Shown here piece by piece: positions 1 through 17,838 of a stretch of DNA of 64,000 bases (within the stretch, counting starts at the first letter, position 1; every line of letters begins with the position of its first letter). Source of the DNA: the human T2T-CHM13v2.0 reference genome, Homo sapiens; NCBI RefSeq assembly GCF_009914755.1, contig NC_060931.1; one strand, 5' to 3'. The notes beneath the pieces were generated by a model that worked only from the letters and a program-made list of their open reading frames with translations, did no database searches and was not told the origin of the DNA. Both the position numbers and the translations under genes were made by a program.

Positions 1-110
1 CTATGGTAAAGTACTTACACCCTAGAAATTGGAAAATATAAGTGAGAATCCTGACTCTTCCCCAACTCTGCCAGAGAGCTGGTTGTTAAACATTTACCAG
101 CATACCACTG
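1..110. mobile_element. hAT-Blackjack DNA transposon end (MER63-like)
   Basis: Ends in gagagctggttgttaaacatttaccagcataccactg, resembling the MER63 terminus. Confidence 0.5.
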
Positions 111-314
111 CTTATAGTTTAAGCTTCTATATACATTGTAGCATCATTCCTAATCCTTAGCCTAACTGAACAATTTTGGTGGCTGAAGTCTAAATTATTG
201 AGGGTATCTGCTTTTAGTTATAATGGCCATCTTCTATTAGAGGTATCATCTGACAAGAACAACTATGAATTCTTGACTAAATCGAAAACCAAATAAATTT
301 TTTAAAAAACTTTG

Positions 315-612
315 GGCCAGGCACAGTGGCTCATGCCTGTAATCCCCGCACTTTGGAATGCAAAGGCGGGCAGATCACCTGAGGTCAGGAGTTAGAGACC
401 AGCCTGGCCAATATGGTGAAACCCCGTCTCTAGTAATAATATGAAAATTAGCCAGGTGTGGTGGTGGGCACCTGTAATCTCAGCTACTCAGGAGGCTGAG
501 GCAGGGGAATCGCTTGAACCCGGGAGGCAGAGGTTGCAGTGAGCCGAGATTGCACCAAAGTACTTCAGTCTAGGAGACAGAGTGAGACTCCGTCTGAAAG
601 AAAAAAAAAAAA
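315..612 (+). mobile_element. AluS
   Basis: Full dimer with poly(A); TSD aaaaaac(t/g)ttg. Confidence 0.95.
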
Positions 613-619
613 CGTTGAT

Positions 620-1984
620 AGCATCAGACAATTAATGCAACCAAGTATTGAAAAGCCAAATGAGCAGTATTTTTTCTTCCTTAGGGCATTTTCTGAATCC
701 CAACCTGAAGTCTACAGGACTAGCAGGAAGTAACAGCCCAGAGCTCTTAGAACTATCATGGGAATTGATGAAAATGAGAGTTCAGGGCTTCTGAGACTTC
801 CATGACTGAGGGGTAAGATCCTGGAGAAAAGGAACTAAAGAGACATTCTATTCCACTCTCCCCCTCATGGACAAAAAGCTGATAAACACAGCATAAAATT
901 GTGACTAAGGGAAAAAAAATTTATATATATATATATATATATATATGCAGTATTTTTAGCAGGCTCATGGTGCCAGGAAAACAAAATTATATTTCAGAAA
1001 GAGCCAAGAAGTTGATGAAGCACTCATAGCCGCATACCAATTCAGACCCAAGCAGGAGTAAGTATAGACCCAAAACAAACAAGCTCATGTAGAAGCTTAA
1101 ACCTAACCTCAAATCATTTCACTCCCTGATTGAATAAAGGCATTTATACCTATTAACCAGAGTAATTTTAAATCCTCTACAGAAGAATGGAGCATAATGC
1201 AGAACCTTACAACTTTTTATGCAAAATATCTGGCAATGAAAAAATTATCATGCGTGCCAGGAGACCTGAGAAAGTAAATGACCAAAATCTCAGGAGAAAA
1301 ACTAAAACAGAAGAAAGAAACAGACCTAAAGGTGATGCAGCTATTAAGGCAAAAACTTCAAAATAACTGTGATGATATGTTTGAGAAAATAAATGGCAAG
1401 ATAGAGAATTTCAACAAAATATTAGAATCTATAAAAAAAAACAAAGAGAAATTCTAGGACAAAAATAATAGGAATGGTCAAAATTAAAATTCAATAGATG
1501 GTTTAACAGTATATTAACATAGCAGAGGAAAGGAGTCATATATTGGAAGAGAGCTTAGTAGAAAAACATATAGACTTAAACACGAAGAAAAAGTGCTGAA
1601 AATTACAGAAATGAGGCTGTGGGGCATATGAGACTCGGTAAGCGGTCGTACATACTTAGATTCCTGGAAGGAGAGAAAAGAGAATGGGACAAGTAATGTT
1701 GGAAAAAATAATGGCTGAAAAATTTCTCAAACTAATAAAAGACATCAAGCCACACACACATTCGAAAATCTGTCTGGGTTCCTATCAGGACAAAAACAAA
1801 GGATGCCACATGTAGGCATATCATAATAAAACTCCTGAAAGCTAAAGAAAAACTCAAAAGCAGTCAGAGAAAAAAGACATGTTACCATCAAAGGTACGAA
1901 AAAAAAAAAGCCTAAGAGCTGTTCTTTCAGTAGAAATTATGGATCAAAAACACAAGGAAATGTGCTTTTTAAAACTTATTTCTA
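620..1984 (+). mobile_element. Ancient L1M 5'UTR/ORF1 remnant
   Basis: A-rich decayed ORF1-like motifs (atagagaatttcaacaaaatattagaatctat; aatggctgaaaaatttctcaaact; ggcatatcataataaaactcctgaaagctaaag). Confidence 0.7.
921..946. repeat. (TA)n microsatellite
   Basis: Direct reading. Confidence 0.95.
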
Positions 1985-2284
1985 GGCTGGGTATGGTGGC
2001 TCATGCTTGTAATTCCAGCACTTTGGGAGGATGAAGCAGATGAATCACTTGAGGTCAGGAGTTCGAGACCAGCCTGGACAACATGGCGAAATCCCGTCTC
2101 TACTAAAATACACAAAAATTAGCCAGGCATGGTGGTGGGCACCTGTAATCCCAGCTATTCAGGAAGTTGAGGCTGGAGAATCGCTTGAACCCAGGAGGTG
2201 GAGGTTGCAGGGAGCCCAGATCATGCCACTGTTCTCCAGCCTGGGTAATAGAGCAAGACTCTGTCTCAAAAAAAAAAAAGAAAG
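1985..2284 (+). mobile_element. AluS
   Basis: Full dimer with poly(A). Confidence 0.95.
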
Positions 2285-2289
2285 AAAAT

Positions 2290-2660
2290 TGTATTATTAT
2301 AAAACTGTGCTTATTAGGACCATTGATATGATTACAAGGCTAGACCAACAATAGACCAATGGAATACAGTGAAACAAGCCCAGGCATACTGGCCACCTGA
2401 TCTGGAATGAATGTGCTGCAGCCAAATTCTTGAGATATCATTTCACAAAAGACAGCATCCAAATGTCCAGTAATTAAGTGAAAATTGTTCAACGTCACTG
2501 GTTAACAGAGAAATGTATATTAGAACTATGAGATACCTACTCACATGGTTAAAATTAAGGGGTAAAAATTGGCAATGCTACGCATGGGTGAGAATGTGGA
2601 GCAACTGGAATTTTCAGTCTGATGATGAGAGCATTGTTTGATACAACCACTTTGGAGAAT
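2290..2660 (+). mobile_element. Ancient L1M ORF2/3' fragments
   Basis: atagaccaatggaataca and gagaatgtggagcaactggaa...acaaccactttggagaa motifs. Confidence 0.65.
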
Positions 2661-2857
2661 GTCCCATCAGGTATGGGGAAGAGGGAGGGCAAGGAGTAAC
2701 ATTGGAGATGACAATGACACTCGATCTGGTCCTGCTACTCAGCATTAAGAGCCAAGGGACTGCCCCCTCATATACCAACTGCTGTGAGAAGGAAAAACAG
2801 ACTGCTCAATCTTTCTCCCCTGCTCAGACTTGGGGTTTGATAAATCCCAGTAATTAA

Positions 2858-3175
<318 letters not shown>

Positions 3176-3207
3176 TCACATAGAGTTTTTCAAGAGATCT
3201 CTGTATC

Positions 3208-3650
3208 ATAGCTCACTGCAGCCTTGAACTCCTGGGCTCAAGTGATCCTCCTGCCTCAGCCTCCCAAAGAACTGGGATTGCAGGTGTGAGCCACCACAAC
3301 TGGTTCTTTTTTTTTCTTGGTAGAGATGGGGTCTTGCTATGTTGCCCAAGCTGGTCTCAAATTCCTGGCCTCAAGCAATCCTCCCACTTTCCCCTCTGAA
3401 AGCACTGGAATTACCGGTATGAGCCAACACAACTGGCAAATTTATTTTTGGTTTGTAGAGATGAGGGTCTTGTTGTGTTGTTGAGGTTCGTCTCAAATTC
3501 CTGGCCTCAAGCAGTCTTACTGCCTTGGCCTCCCAAAGCACTAGGATTACAGGTGTGAGCCACTACACCTGGCAACTTTTTAAAATTTTTTGTAGGGACA
3601 GGATCCCACTATGTCGCCACAGGCCTCAAGCAATCTGCCCAACTCACCCC
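3208..3650 (-). mobile_element. Cluster of AluJ/FLAM monomer fragments
   Basis: Three to four successive antisense Alu monomers. Confidence 0.8.
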
Positions 3651-4073
3651 ACTTCCCTTAAAAGCATGAGGCTGAATCTACTTGACACTGAAACAGTGGC
3701 TCACTGTAGTCAGTTCTGGTTGCTTTCAAATGCCAGGGTCCTTTTCCTGGATTCAACCTGCTGGCTCAGTTCGGGAACAATGAATGAGGAAACTGTCAGG
3801 CTCTCTTTACTAGGCTGCCTTCTGAAATTTGATCAGCTCTTCCTACCTCGTATCAGTCCTAGATGAGGATAAGTAAGGTAACGACTTCCATACTTAATCC
3901 CCGCCATGATGTCTTTGGCCCTGATTCCTGGTTTTTCTTTTCACCTGCTAAAATAGAAGCTCAACTCTAAATTCTGGCACGCTGGGCAGAATTCCTAACA
4001 ATCTTGCTTAGTTTCTTCTAGCACATTTCATAGCCCCAGAAATGGACACTGCTTCTGTAATATCTAGCTATTA

Positions 4074-4372
4074 GTGTTATTATTATTATTGAGACGGAGT
4101 TTCATTCTTGTTGCCCGGGCTGGAGTAGAGTGATGTGGTCTCAGCTCTCTGCAACCCCGCCTCCTGGGTTCAAGCAATTCTCCTGCCTCAGCCTCCCAAG
4201 TAGCTGGGATTACAGGCAGCCGCCACCACGCCCAGCTAATTTTAGTATTTTTGGTAGAGACGGGGTTTCACCATGTTGACCAGGCTGGTCTCAATTTCCT
4301 GACCTCAAGTGATCTGCCCGCCTAGGCATCCCAAAGTGCTGGGATTACAGGCATGAGCCACTGCATCCAGCC
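4074..4372 (-). mobile_element. AluS with (TTA)n tail
   Basis: Perfect TSD atatctagctatta at 4060-4073 and 4373-4386. Confidence 0.95.
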
Positions 4373-5139
4373 ATATCTAGCTATTATTGATTGTTTTCTA
4401 AATAAATGCTGAAAGATATTTCTGCACCACAGGTAGGTACTTCTAGAGCAGAAGACACGGATAATTCCACCTAATATCTTATCAATACACTCAAATTAGA
4501 TTCTTCCACCCCACTCCCCTAAATTTGGCCATCCTACATCAGGCTAAATCTCACTATATCCCCAAGATTTTGCGCTCCCACTATCTGGTTTAATAGCCTC
4601 ACTCCATTCTTAGCCTCTTCCTTACAGGGTGTTTCTAGCCTGCGATATGACTCATGGAAAATCTGTGAAAAATTCATCAAGCCAGTTGTTGGAATTCATG
4701 TGTGCTTGTCTGGCAAGAAATTTAACATTTCAGAAGCTTTAGGGAAAATTGTGTCAGGACAGAGGATACTTAGGATAATGGATTTACAACATCTCTGTTC
4801 AGTGCAGCCTTGCTTGGTTCTGTAAGTTGTTACTTAAAGATAAATTTTTCAGTTTGATTTAGTTTAAACATTGCCGCTGAGATTCATACACATTCCCAAA
4901 GGCCACCGCGCAATCAGTACAACTTAAATAAATTGGGCATGTTTGAATCGATAAATAAATGCATGTGTCTCCACCCACTTGAGCGTCATGTGCACGGAAT
5001 ATACCCTGGGAAAAGTCATAAGAAAGCCTTCAGAATTACCACCAAGCAGCAGAAAATATACTTCCAGGGAAAATGTAAAGTGGTACACAGGAGTTACTGT
5101 GAGATGATGAGTCAGGCTTACATCAAAGATACTGGACAG

Positions 5140-5452
5140 AACTGGGCATGGGTGGTGGCTCACACCTGTGATCCCAGCACTTTGGGAGGCCGAGGTGGGC
5201 AGAACACTTGAGGCCAGGAGTTAAAGACCAGCCTGGCTAACATAGTAAAACCCTGGCTCTATTAAAAACAAAAACTAGCTGGGCATGGTGGTGCACATCT
5301 ATAATCCCAGTTACTCAGGAGGCTGAGGCAGAAGAATTGCTTCAACCTGGGAGACAGAGAGGTTGCAGTGAACCAAAATCGCACCATTGCACTCCAGCCT
5401 GGGCAATAGATTGAAACCCTGTCTCAAAACAAAACAAACAAACAAACAAACA
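5140..5452 (+). mobile_element. Alu (old S/J) with (AAAC)n tail
   Basis: TSD aaagatac(t/a)ggacag. Confidence 0.95.
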
Positions 5453-5510
5453 AAAGATACAGGACAGGATGTATTGCTGGGATGACATTGGATTACAATG
5501 AGCAGGTTAA

Positions 5511-5808
<298 letters not shown>

Positions 5809-5913
5809 GAGCAGGCTATGTTTTAAGAATTTATGACTACCAGTCACAATGGAATTTGAGCATGGTTAATTCCTCTGAAGAATTACAAATTAAGAAAATC
5901 ATGAAGTCTTCTT

Positions 5914-5947
<34 letters not shown>

Positions 5948-5949
5948 TG
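5914..5949. repeat. (TG)n microsatellite
   Basis: Direct reading. Confidence 0.95.
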
Positions 5950-5979
5950 CTTTGTTTTGTTTTGTTTTTGCTGTAAAGA

Positions 5980-6258
5980 CTGTAGTGCATAGTGGTTATC
6001 TGTAGCTGGGACGGAAATGGGAGCCACTGTCAGCTCTGTGTCAGGCTGCCTGGGCTCAAATCTTGGTTATCTTGGTTCTAAAACATAATTGCTATGCGAT
6101 TTTGGACAAGCTGCTTAACTTTCTCTGCATTGGACTCTTAGCCTGTAAAAATGGGAACAAGTAAATGCGAAGCATGTAAGGACCGTATGAATATATGTAA
6201 GGCCCTTAGGACATAATCAACATTTCGTGAGGACCAAATAAACAGCAGCTGTTATTAT
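5980..6258 (+). mobile_element. MIR
   Basis: ctgcctgggctcaaatcttgg...ttttggacaagctgcttaactttctctg...ctgtaaaaatggg core. Confidence 0.7.
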
Positions 6259-6556
6259 AATGCAGAGATCCCCAGATGGCTATTTTTGGAGATGCAGGAA
6301 TAAAGATATCTATCCTCATGGAAATCTTAGAACTTCATTGCAAAAGAAACCTGAAATGCAAAATACAGAAGTGACAAGAGAAAGTGATTATGGGCCACTT
6401 ATGAAAACATTTTGTGGCCCTCCCAAAAGCAAGCAGAAAGTCCAGAATATGGTAAATTCTTAATGTGTTTTTAATTAATCCATCAATTATTTAATACAAG
6501 GGCTAAGCTGTGTTGTATTTAATTAAAGTGAAGGATACTTCGAAAATAGAACAGTT

Positions 6557-6894
<338 letters not shown>

Positions 6895-7263
6895 CGTCAA
6901 AGATGATTTCATGAATGAAGGCGGAATAGAATCAAATCTTGAGGGATTTAGTCACATTTGGATCAGTAGAAGGAGAGAGGGCCCTGCAGTTGGGTACAGC
7001 ATGTTGACAAATGGCTGGAAGGGTGGAATGAGCTCAGAACATTCAGAAAACAGAGAAGAGACCAGCCTGGCTGTAGAGGAAGTGAGGTAGGGAGAGAAGA
7101 GACAGATTACTCGACAATGAATCGTGTCAGCTGCCAATTTCCAAACCAGTTTGTACACATAGAAACTATTTAATTTTTTTAATGCTAGATTTCAGCTTAT
7201 AAAACAAATGTTATTTAAAAATCTTATCTAAAAAATGCTTATTGAATGCTGCTTTTAAAATAA

Positions 7264-7996
<733 letters not shown>

Positions 7997-8289
7997 CCCA
8001 TTCCTTTAAAAAAATTAATAAAAATAAATGAATATTCAGGTATTCTATTGTGCTCCCTTGGACATTCAAGACCAAACTCCCCCAGATAACTTATTTCCCC
8101 TTCTGGCACAACTGTAAGATCCATTTATCCACCCTTGGGAGAATGCAGTATAAAGGTGTTTTGGAATTCTCTTCACATATTCAGAATTGTAGGTCATTCA
8201 GGCTTCTAGTAACGTGTTTAAGTATTTACCCCCACTAAATGTTTAACTATTGGTTAAAATTAAATTTGATATCCCACTAATTTGAAAAC

Positions 8290-9222
<933 letters not shown>

Positions 9223-9224
9223 AT

Positions 9225-9720
9225 TCTAGAAGAGAGCAGACACAAGGCCTAGCCTACAGCACTTGTGTGTGGGTGGCCCTTACCTTCCCAGGGCTGCTGG
9301 GTCAGTTGATCAGACCCACCTTTGGCACCCTGAGAAAAGCCTCTCCCCACACCCTCAGGAGGAGCCTTTGCCTTGTAAGTTAGCCAATTCCCCCAGGTGC
9401 CTCCAAGATCCTTTGCCTGCATGCTGGGCACGTCGTACGTACCAGTTCAGAATGTTTGCCCAGACTACAGCTACTCTAAGCTGTGCCAAAATCCTGCAAT
9501 AGCTCCCTTTGGGTCCTGCAATAGTTTAGGGTGGGAAACCAAGGTCAAATTCAGCAGACGCACCCTCAGGCAGTGGTGGCTAAAGTACAGGTAGGTCAAT
9601 AGACTGTGGTGCCCTTTCTAGACAGCATGTCATTTTATGCATTTAATTAGTAAGCCAAGGGTGGTGCAGAGACACATTCTCACAGGCTGTCAACTCAAAC
9701 ACCCTGTTCTCTGTGCCAAT
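9225..9720 (-). mobile_element. Probable ERVL leader/internal fragment attached to the MER76-like LTR
   Basis: Reverse complement next to the LTR end reads ttggcacagagaacagggt, PBS-like in position and sequence. Confidence 0.4.
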
Positions 9721-10632
9721 TGTTTTGAACTGTACTTGAGATTTGTTTTAATCAGGTAGAGTAAGATAACAAACATGGAGACATCTGCCTTGAAAGAAGT
9801 TTATTACTCACAGTCCCGAGAGGAGGGGGCACGACACACCAGGGCCACATGAGGAGCAGCAGGGACAGTCAAGATAAGGCAGGAGACCACTAGTACTCCT
9901 GCTGCCCTCCTCTCCCCACCTTGCCTAGTTCGCAAAACAGGAGGAGAAAAAAGCAAAAAGTTGGAAAAAAACAAAAGTAAGATAAACAGCCAGACAATCT
10001 TGGCACCACCACCCGGCCCTAGGAGTTAAAAAAAAGTAGTAATAATAACATCAACCCCTGACCTAAACTACTTGTGTTATCTGTAAATTCCAGACACTGT
10101 ATGAAAAAAGCATTGTAAAACTTTTTGTTCTGTTAGCTGATGCATGTAGCCCCCAGTCGTATTTCTCATGCTTGCTTGATGTATCACGACCCTTTCACGT
10201 GGACCCCTTAAAGTTGAAAGCCTTTAAAAAGGCCAAGAATTTCTTTTTTGGAGAGCTCGGCTCTTAAGACGCGAGTCTGCCGACGCTCCCGGCCGAATAA
10301 AAACCTCTTCCTTCTTTAATCCGGTGTCTGAGGAGTTTTGTCTGCAGCTCGTCCTGCTACAAAGAGGCTGGAGAAGTTAGGGGAAAGCCTGGGTGAGAAC
10401 CTTTATTTCTCTAATGGTGGAAAGTTGTTAGGTCAGGATGTCCATCCTCTATTGGGCAGAAAGCAAAACACAGATGTTTGGGGTTCATGGTTGAAGGGTT
10501 TGTTACACGATTTCTGTGCATCTGCAATATACAGAGATGGTAGGAATGTAAACAGCTTTGACTGCCAGTTTGGTCTATGACCACAAGATGCCAAATAATC
10601 AACTATAGGAAATAAAAAATAATTATTACAAC
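9721..10632 (-). mobile_element. MER76-like LTR, interrupted by LTR2B
   Basis: gaagtttattactcacagtcccgagaggagggggc...cagggccac; terminus ccacaagatgccaaataatc...acaaca. Confidence 0.6.
9875..10361 (+). mobile_element. LTR2B solo LTR (HERV-E/Harlequin group)
   Basis: taaggcaggagaccact...AATAAA...tcctgctaca; perfect 4-bp TSD AAGA (9871-9874, 10362-10365). Confidence 0.88.
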
Positions 10633-10825
10633 ATGATCCTGAAACAGAAAAATATTATGTAAAAACTAGGAAGAGGTGGATAAAGTATGAAATTTAGTTT
10701 ATGATAATGTGTCAGTACCAATTCATCAATTGTAACAAATACACCATATTAATGTAATACAGTCACATACCACATTATGATGTTTAGGTCAATGGTGGAC
10801 TGCATATACAATGGTGGTGCATCTA

Positions 10826-11173
<348 letters not shown>

Positions 11174-11279
11174 TTAATGACATTGTAGCTGTTATAGTAG
11201 TGCCATTACTTTATTATTTTATAAATTTAACGTAACCTTAGCCTACAGTGTTTATAACATCTACAGTAGAGTACAGTAA

Positions 11280-11686
<407 letters not shown>

Positions 11687-11976
11687 TGGTCTACCATTTA
11701 AAAAAAATCATGTATAAAGTATTTTTACTGTTTCTTTTCTATGATTAGATATGTTTAGGTACATAGATACTTGTCGTTGCAGTTATCTTCGATATTCAGT
11801 ACGGTCGCATGCTGTACAGGTTTGTAGTCTGGGAGTAGTAGGCTCTACCATCTAGGTTTCTGTAAGTTCACTCTATGGTGTTCACATAATGATGAAATCG
11901 CCTACTGATACATTTCTCAGATTGTGTCTCTGTCATTAATTGGCACATGACTACATGTTAACAGTATGGAAAACGG

Positions 11977-12156
11977 GGGCAGGTTCAGTAGCTCATGCCT
12001 GTAATCCCAGCACTTTGGGAGGCAGAGGTGGGTGGATCACTGCAACCTCCGCCTGGATCCACACCCAGTTTTCCCTACTTGTTTGTAGGGAAATGAGATC
12101 GCGCCACAGCACTCCAGCCTGGGACAGAGCAAGACTCTGTCTCAAAAAAAAAAAAA
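11977..12156 (+). mobile_element. Rearranged/internally deleted Alu
   Basis: Alu 5' end (to ggatcac) joined through an inverted insert to the Alu 3' end and poly(A). Confidence 0.85.
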
Positions 12157-12415
12157 GCCAAAACTTATTTTACAAAATTAACTTTGAGAACAATCTATAC
12201 ATTTTAGTTATCTCCTCTAAGCTGTATTTACATTAGATCTGTGTGCTTTCATGGGAAGAATAAAAAGGAGGGAACAGATACTATCTCTTTCTAATGTTTA
12301 TTCATTTCATTTATTGAATGCTGATTGAGCATCTGTCTATGTTCCTAGCCCTGTGCCAGGTAGGGTGTGGATAAAATAAAAGAAATATCCTAGGTTTTCT
12401 CTTAGGAAAATCCCT

Positions 12416-12744
<329 letters not shown>

Positions 12745-12915
12745 TTACCCCCAAATCCCCAAATTGCCTCGCAAGGTGACGAGTGCAGTGTCAGGATTTT
12801 GTGCACAATACCTTTAGATATTCAAAGAAATGTCTGGAGGACTCCAGGAAAGCTTCTTATCAGAGCCAACATTGAAAGAGCACCTTGAAGGGTAAGGAAC
12901 AATTTAAAAAGTGGA

Positions 12916-13256
<341 letters not shown>

Positions 13257-13594
13257 AAAAGTGGAACAAGAGGAGAACAGGCGTGAGAACAAGGCTGGAG
13301 ACAGATACGGGAACAAAGAATCATGATGTTTGAGAGACAGCATTGGACAAGAACATAGTGCTCATGGTTGGGAGTGGTAGAAGATGAAACTAGAAAAGAG
13401 TATAAGGACTCCAGCCTCTAGGAGACATTTAATGAATATCTGCTGCTTGGCTGATTGACTGAATAAATAAATAACTAGAAGCTGAAAAGCCTGGTGTGAT
13501 TTGCAAGGAGTCTAGACTTTATTCTGTAGTCAACAGGGAACCATCTGAGGTTTTCAAGGCGGGGAATAACATGACGTGCTGATGGTTAGACTCT

Positions 13595-13760
13595 GGCTAC
13601 TGAAGGTGTGGTTTACGGTTCAGTCATAGCAGTAGCAGCAGTATCACAGGAGTACTTATAGGAAACAGAGAACTCCAGGTTAGACCCAAGACTTAACTGC
13701 ATTAAAATCTGCACTTGATCAAAATTCCCAGGTAATTCGTATGCATGGGCAAGTTCCAGG
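13595..13760. mobile_element. MER5A1-like hAT-Charlie MITE
   Basis: gcagcagtatcac...aatctgcacttgatcaaaattcccaggtaattcgtatgca. Confidence 0.6.
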
Positions 13761-14022
13761 AGGGTGACTTTTAGAAAGATCATTTTGTTGGTAGATTTCA
13801 AAAAAAAACGTAGCTTTTTTTTAAATAAAAAAAATACCAAAAAAAGAAATAATGGGATGAAGGGAGAGAGAAAAAAGAGTGGGGAAAGAGAAGGGAGACC
13901 AAGAAAAGAGAAAGAAAAGAGAGAAAAAAATAGTGACTCACATAAACTGTATGGACAAACAGCATTGCTCTAACTGCTTTCTTCCACCTATCTCCTGGAA
14001 GCAGCATCAGTGTTTCTAATTA

Positions 14023-14369
<347 letters not shown>

Positions 14370-15207
14370 CTAGCCAGCCTCCAGAAGAGGGCTGTGTGGT
14401 TGCCCTTTGGAAGGGCTACCCTGGAACTGGGAGGGAGGGGAAGCCGAAATGAAACGGCTGGTGGCAGAGTGACAGGCAAACTTGTAACTCTTATTCCTGC
14501 TGCAAGCAAATGAAACATGCACTTAATTTCCAGGAAAGAGGCTGCTGGGGTGGCAGATGAGGGAAATGAAAGGCTCAGCAGGCCCCCATAATTCACACTC
14601 ATTTTGTGTAGCCAGAACAGATGATGGGATGGCAGGGTAAAAATGTCCCCAGTTCTTGCTAGCACACTGCTGCGTTGAGGCCGGCCCCACCCCTCTGTCT
14701 CCCTCTGCCTACATGCCTAGGGCAGCCAAAAATCTGGGTTCGTGCAGGGAAAGAAAATGGAAATGTCCTGTTTTGCACATGCTCAGGGCTGCTCAGGCAG
14801 CTGGTGCAGACAAGTGACCCACTTCCACCACCTAAAATCTGTATTGTCTGCGCTGTTGGGTCGTCCTCCTCCGAGCGACACTCATTGTGATCTATTCTAT
14901 TTACCCACAAATGCTGAATTTACTTCTGAGGAGCGATGCATGATAATGATATCACTGTGTCGAAGACTTTTATTTGAGATGAAAGACTAAACAGAGTCTG
15001 GCTTGTCTGATTAGTGCCTGAAGTTCTGAGATTATTCACAGAATAGAGGCAGGGATTTATTGGGGGATTTTGTTCTTTCCATCCCCTACATGATTGGGTT
15101 ACTGAGAGCTAAGCTCATCTTCCATTGAAGCCTGGTATCTGGTAGTCAGTCATCTGCTCTGTGTCAGGCACGTTCACATACATATTTTTTTTCCTTAAAA
15201 CTTCTCA

Positions 15208-15640
<433 letters not shown>

Positions 15641-15785
15641 CTAGTAGCCTAGTCAGAATTCTGTCTAGGACTCTGCTCTTTTCTCGGTACAATTAGTTAC
15701 TATGTTAATTTAGAATCCAAATCCTTTAGCAGACACCATCCAGGTTCCCTGAAATAATATTCTCCCAACTACCAATCTTCACCCA

Positions 15786-16240
15786 TGTGATGTTAATTTA
15801 ATGTGTCAAATTGACTGAAATACGAGATGCCCAGATAGCTGGTTAAACATTATTTCTGGGTGTGTTTGTGGGGGTGTTTCCAGAAGAGATTCACATTGGA
15901 ATTGGTGGACTAAGTAAAGCAGATGGCCCTCTTCAATGTGAGTGGACATCATCCAAGCCATGGAGGCCCTGAATAGAAGAAAAAGGTAGAGGAAGGTTGA
16001 ATTAACTCTGTGTGACTTTGAGCAGGACATTGATCTTCTCCTGCCCCCTGTGCTCCTGGTTCTCAGGCTTTTAGACTCAGAATGAAATCTATACCTTTGG
16101 CTCTCTGGCTCTCAGGTCTTCAAACGACACCAACAACTTTCCTGGGTCTCCAGCTTGTACATGTGAGACTTTTCAGCCTCCATCATTACATGAGCCAATT
16201 CCTTTTCATGTATCTATATATATGGTCCTTGACTCATACA
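15786..16240 (+). mobile_element. MLT2 (ERVL) LTR
   Basis: tgtgatgttaattttaatgtgtcaaattgactg...gatgcccagatagctggttaaacattatttctgggtgtg. Confidence 0.85.
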
Positions 16241-16304
16241 ACCCAAAAGGGTGTCAAGTTTCTTATAATAACACTGATACATCATGTTTGTCAGAGCTTT
16301 GCAC

Positions 16305-16588
16305 TTTTTTTCCCCCCTCTCTGTCACCAGGCTGGAGTGCAGTGGCGTGATCTTGGCTCACTGCAACCTCCGCCTCCTAGGTTCAAGCAATTCTCTCCTG
16401 TCTCCGCCTCCCCAGTAGCTGGAACTACAGGCTATAGGCACGTGCCACCATGCCTGGTTAATTTTTGTATTTTTAGTAGAGATGAGGTTTCACCATGTTG
16501 GCCATGATGGTCTTGATTTCTTGACCTCATGATCTGGCTGGGCCTCCCAAAGTGCTGGGATTACAGGCGTGAATCACTGCGCCTGGCC
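16305..16588 (-). mobile_element. AluSc-like
   Basis: TSD ctttgcacttttt. Confidence 0.92.
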
Positions 16589-17088
16589 ACTTTGCACTTT
16601 TTGAACTGTGTATCACATCTAGTCTCATTTAATAATCAAGATTGTATCATAAGGTCTACAGAGCTAGATTAGTATTCCTTTGTTTGGAGAGAGGGACTGA
16701 GAATCCCAGAGAGCATTAGAAGCATTAGAAGCAACATGATGTGGAGAGAAGAGGTTGGCTGAAGGACTCAGGAGGCATCAGGCACCTCGCCTCCCTACCT
16801 GTGTGCATTTGCACATGACCTCACTCACCAGAAATTGAAATGTGTAGCCTAGAATTAACCAGAAATTGAACTGGAAAAAAATACTTGGTGCCTTTGAAAA
16901 GCTGAAAATTGCCACAAGGAAGAAACAATTGTATATGTGTGTGCGTGCGCGTGTGTGTTCTAGAAGGCATATGACAAGTGAGAGAGTTCAGCCACTGACT
17001 AGGTTCCCAATGAATGCCAGTCACCTCCCAGCTCAAATAGAGTTGATTAAATTCAAAGATAAAAGCGCTGAGTGGAGTGTGTTAACAA

Positions 17089-17387
<299 letters not shown>

Positions 17388-17446
17388 AACAAAAACATTT
17401 TTTAAAAAGTAAAATTTTTAAAGAGATTTATTCTGAGCCAATATGA

Positions 17447-17838
<392 letters not shown>

